A stretch of 64,000 nucleotides of DNA from Candidatus Iainarchaeum sp. (lineage in GTDB: Archaea > Iainarchaeota > Iainarchaeia > Iainarchaeales > UBA10219): NCBI GenBank assembly GCA_018304425.1, contig JAGVWE010000003.1:128001-192000 (forward strand), written 5' to 3'. Shown piece after piece: positions 63,445-64,000 of this stretch. The notes beneath the pieces were generated by a model that saw nothing but the letters and a program-made list of their open reading frames with translations, had not been told where the DNA came from and searched no databases. The position numbers and the translations under genes are program-made. Positions within the stretch are counted from its first letter, which is position 1. Each line of letters opens with the position of its first letter.

Positions 63445-64000
63445 ATGCAAGCCTTTCCCGCGCAGGCCCTCTTGAAGTGGTTCTCAGCCGAGCAGCGCCC
63501 TCTGCCTTGGCGCGAGGCCTATAACCCGTACGAGGTCTGGGTCTCGGAAATCATGCTCCAGCAGACGCGCGTCGAACAGATGCTGCCCTACTACGAGCGG
63601 TTCCTCCAAAAATTCCCTTCCGTCGAGGCCCTTGCGCAGGCGGACGAACAGGCCGTGCTGAAGGCCTGGGAGGGCCTGGGGTATTATTCGCGGGCGCGGA
63701 ACTTCCACGCGGCGGCGAAGCGGGTCGTGGAGAGGTTCGGGGGAAAACTGCCGATGCGGCTGGATGACCTGCTGGAACTGCCGGGCCTCGGCCCCTACAC
63801 CGCTGCGGCAGTGGCGAGCATCGCCTTCAACAAGAACCATGCGGTGGTGGACGGCAACGTGGTGCGCGTGCTGTCGCGGTTTTTCGCGCGAGCGGGAGAG
63901 GCAAAGGACTTCCAGGAGACCGCACAACAAATCCTTCCAAAGGGAAGGGCTCGCGCCTTCAACCAGGCCCTGATGGAGCTGGGCGCGCTGGTGTGCGTGC
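63445..64000 (+). CDS. mutY: A/G-specific adenine glycosylase (3' truncated by window edge); not in the ORF track
   Basis: Translated by hand: LPWR...PYEVWVSEIMLQQTRV...WEGLGYYSRAR...LPGLGPYTA...VVDGNV.RV...NQALMELG. Confidence 0.93.
   Translation, partial: MQAFPAQALLKWFSAEQRPLPWREAYNPYEVWVSEIMLQQTRVEQMLPYYERFLQKFPSVEALAQADEQAVLKAWEGLGYYSRARNFHAAAKRVVERFGGKLPMRLDDLLELPGLGPYTAAAVASIAFNKNHAVVDGNVVRVLSRFFARAGEAKDFQETAQQILPKGRARAFNQALMELGALVCV

Overview
Archaeal chromosomal DNA, GC-rich. The thermosome, Alba, Sec61-beta, histone-fold protein, archaeal-type IleRS and deoxyhypusine synthase, together with TATA-box promoters and many leaderless genes, show it is archaeal. The form III RuBisCO, many orphans and tRNA-Ile(UAU) fit a DPANN lineage such as Diapherotrites/Micrarchaeota (taxonomy inferred, not tested). 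I count about 60 CDS and 3 tRNAs: Ile-UAU, Val-CAC and Leu-UAG. I found no CRISPR array, integrase or transposase. The strongest unexplained signals are non-coding. (1) An ~88-nt structured RNA is present twice (43956-44044, 45543-45628). Each copy sits behind its own TATA box, and the two share an identical 11-nt apical loop and differ by three compensatory base-pair swaps. It lies beside a Ni/Co transporter and a His-rich beta-propeller, so it is a candidate new riboswitch or sRNA. (2) A family of GAA-triloop palindromic hairpin cassettes lies next to tRNA genes; one is bracketed by a duplication of the tRNA-Leu 3' end. Also notable: three giant Cys-rich surface proteins share a C-terminal module; there is a dispersed set of Arg-rich orphan ORFs, one with a sigma-70 region-4-like HTH; tRNA-Ile(UAU) sits in an operon-like arrangement with ileS behind an AUA-containing small ORF; several clear operator arrays are visible; and three genes are interrupted. 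All family assignments come from reading motifs by eye, not from database searches.
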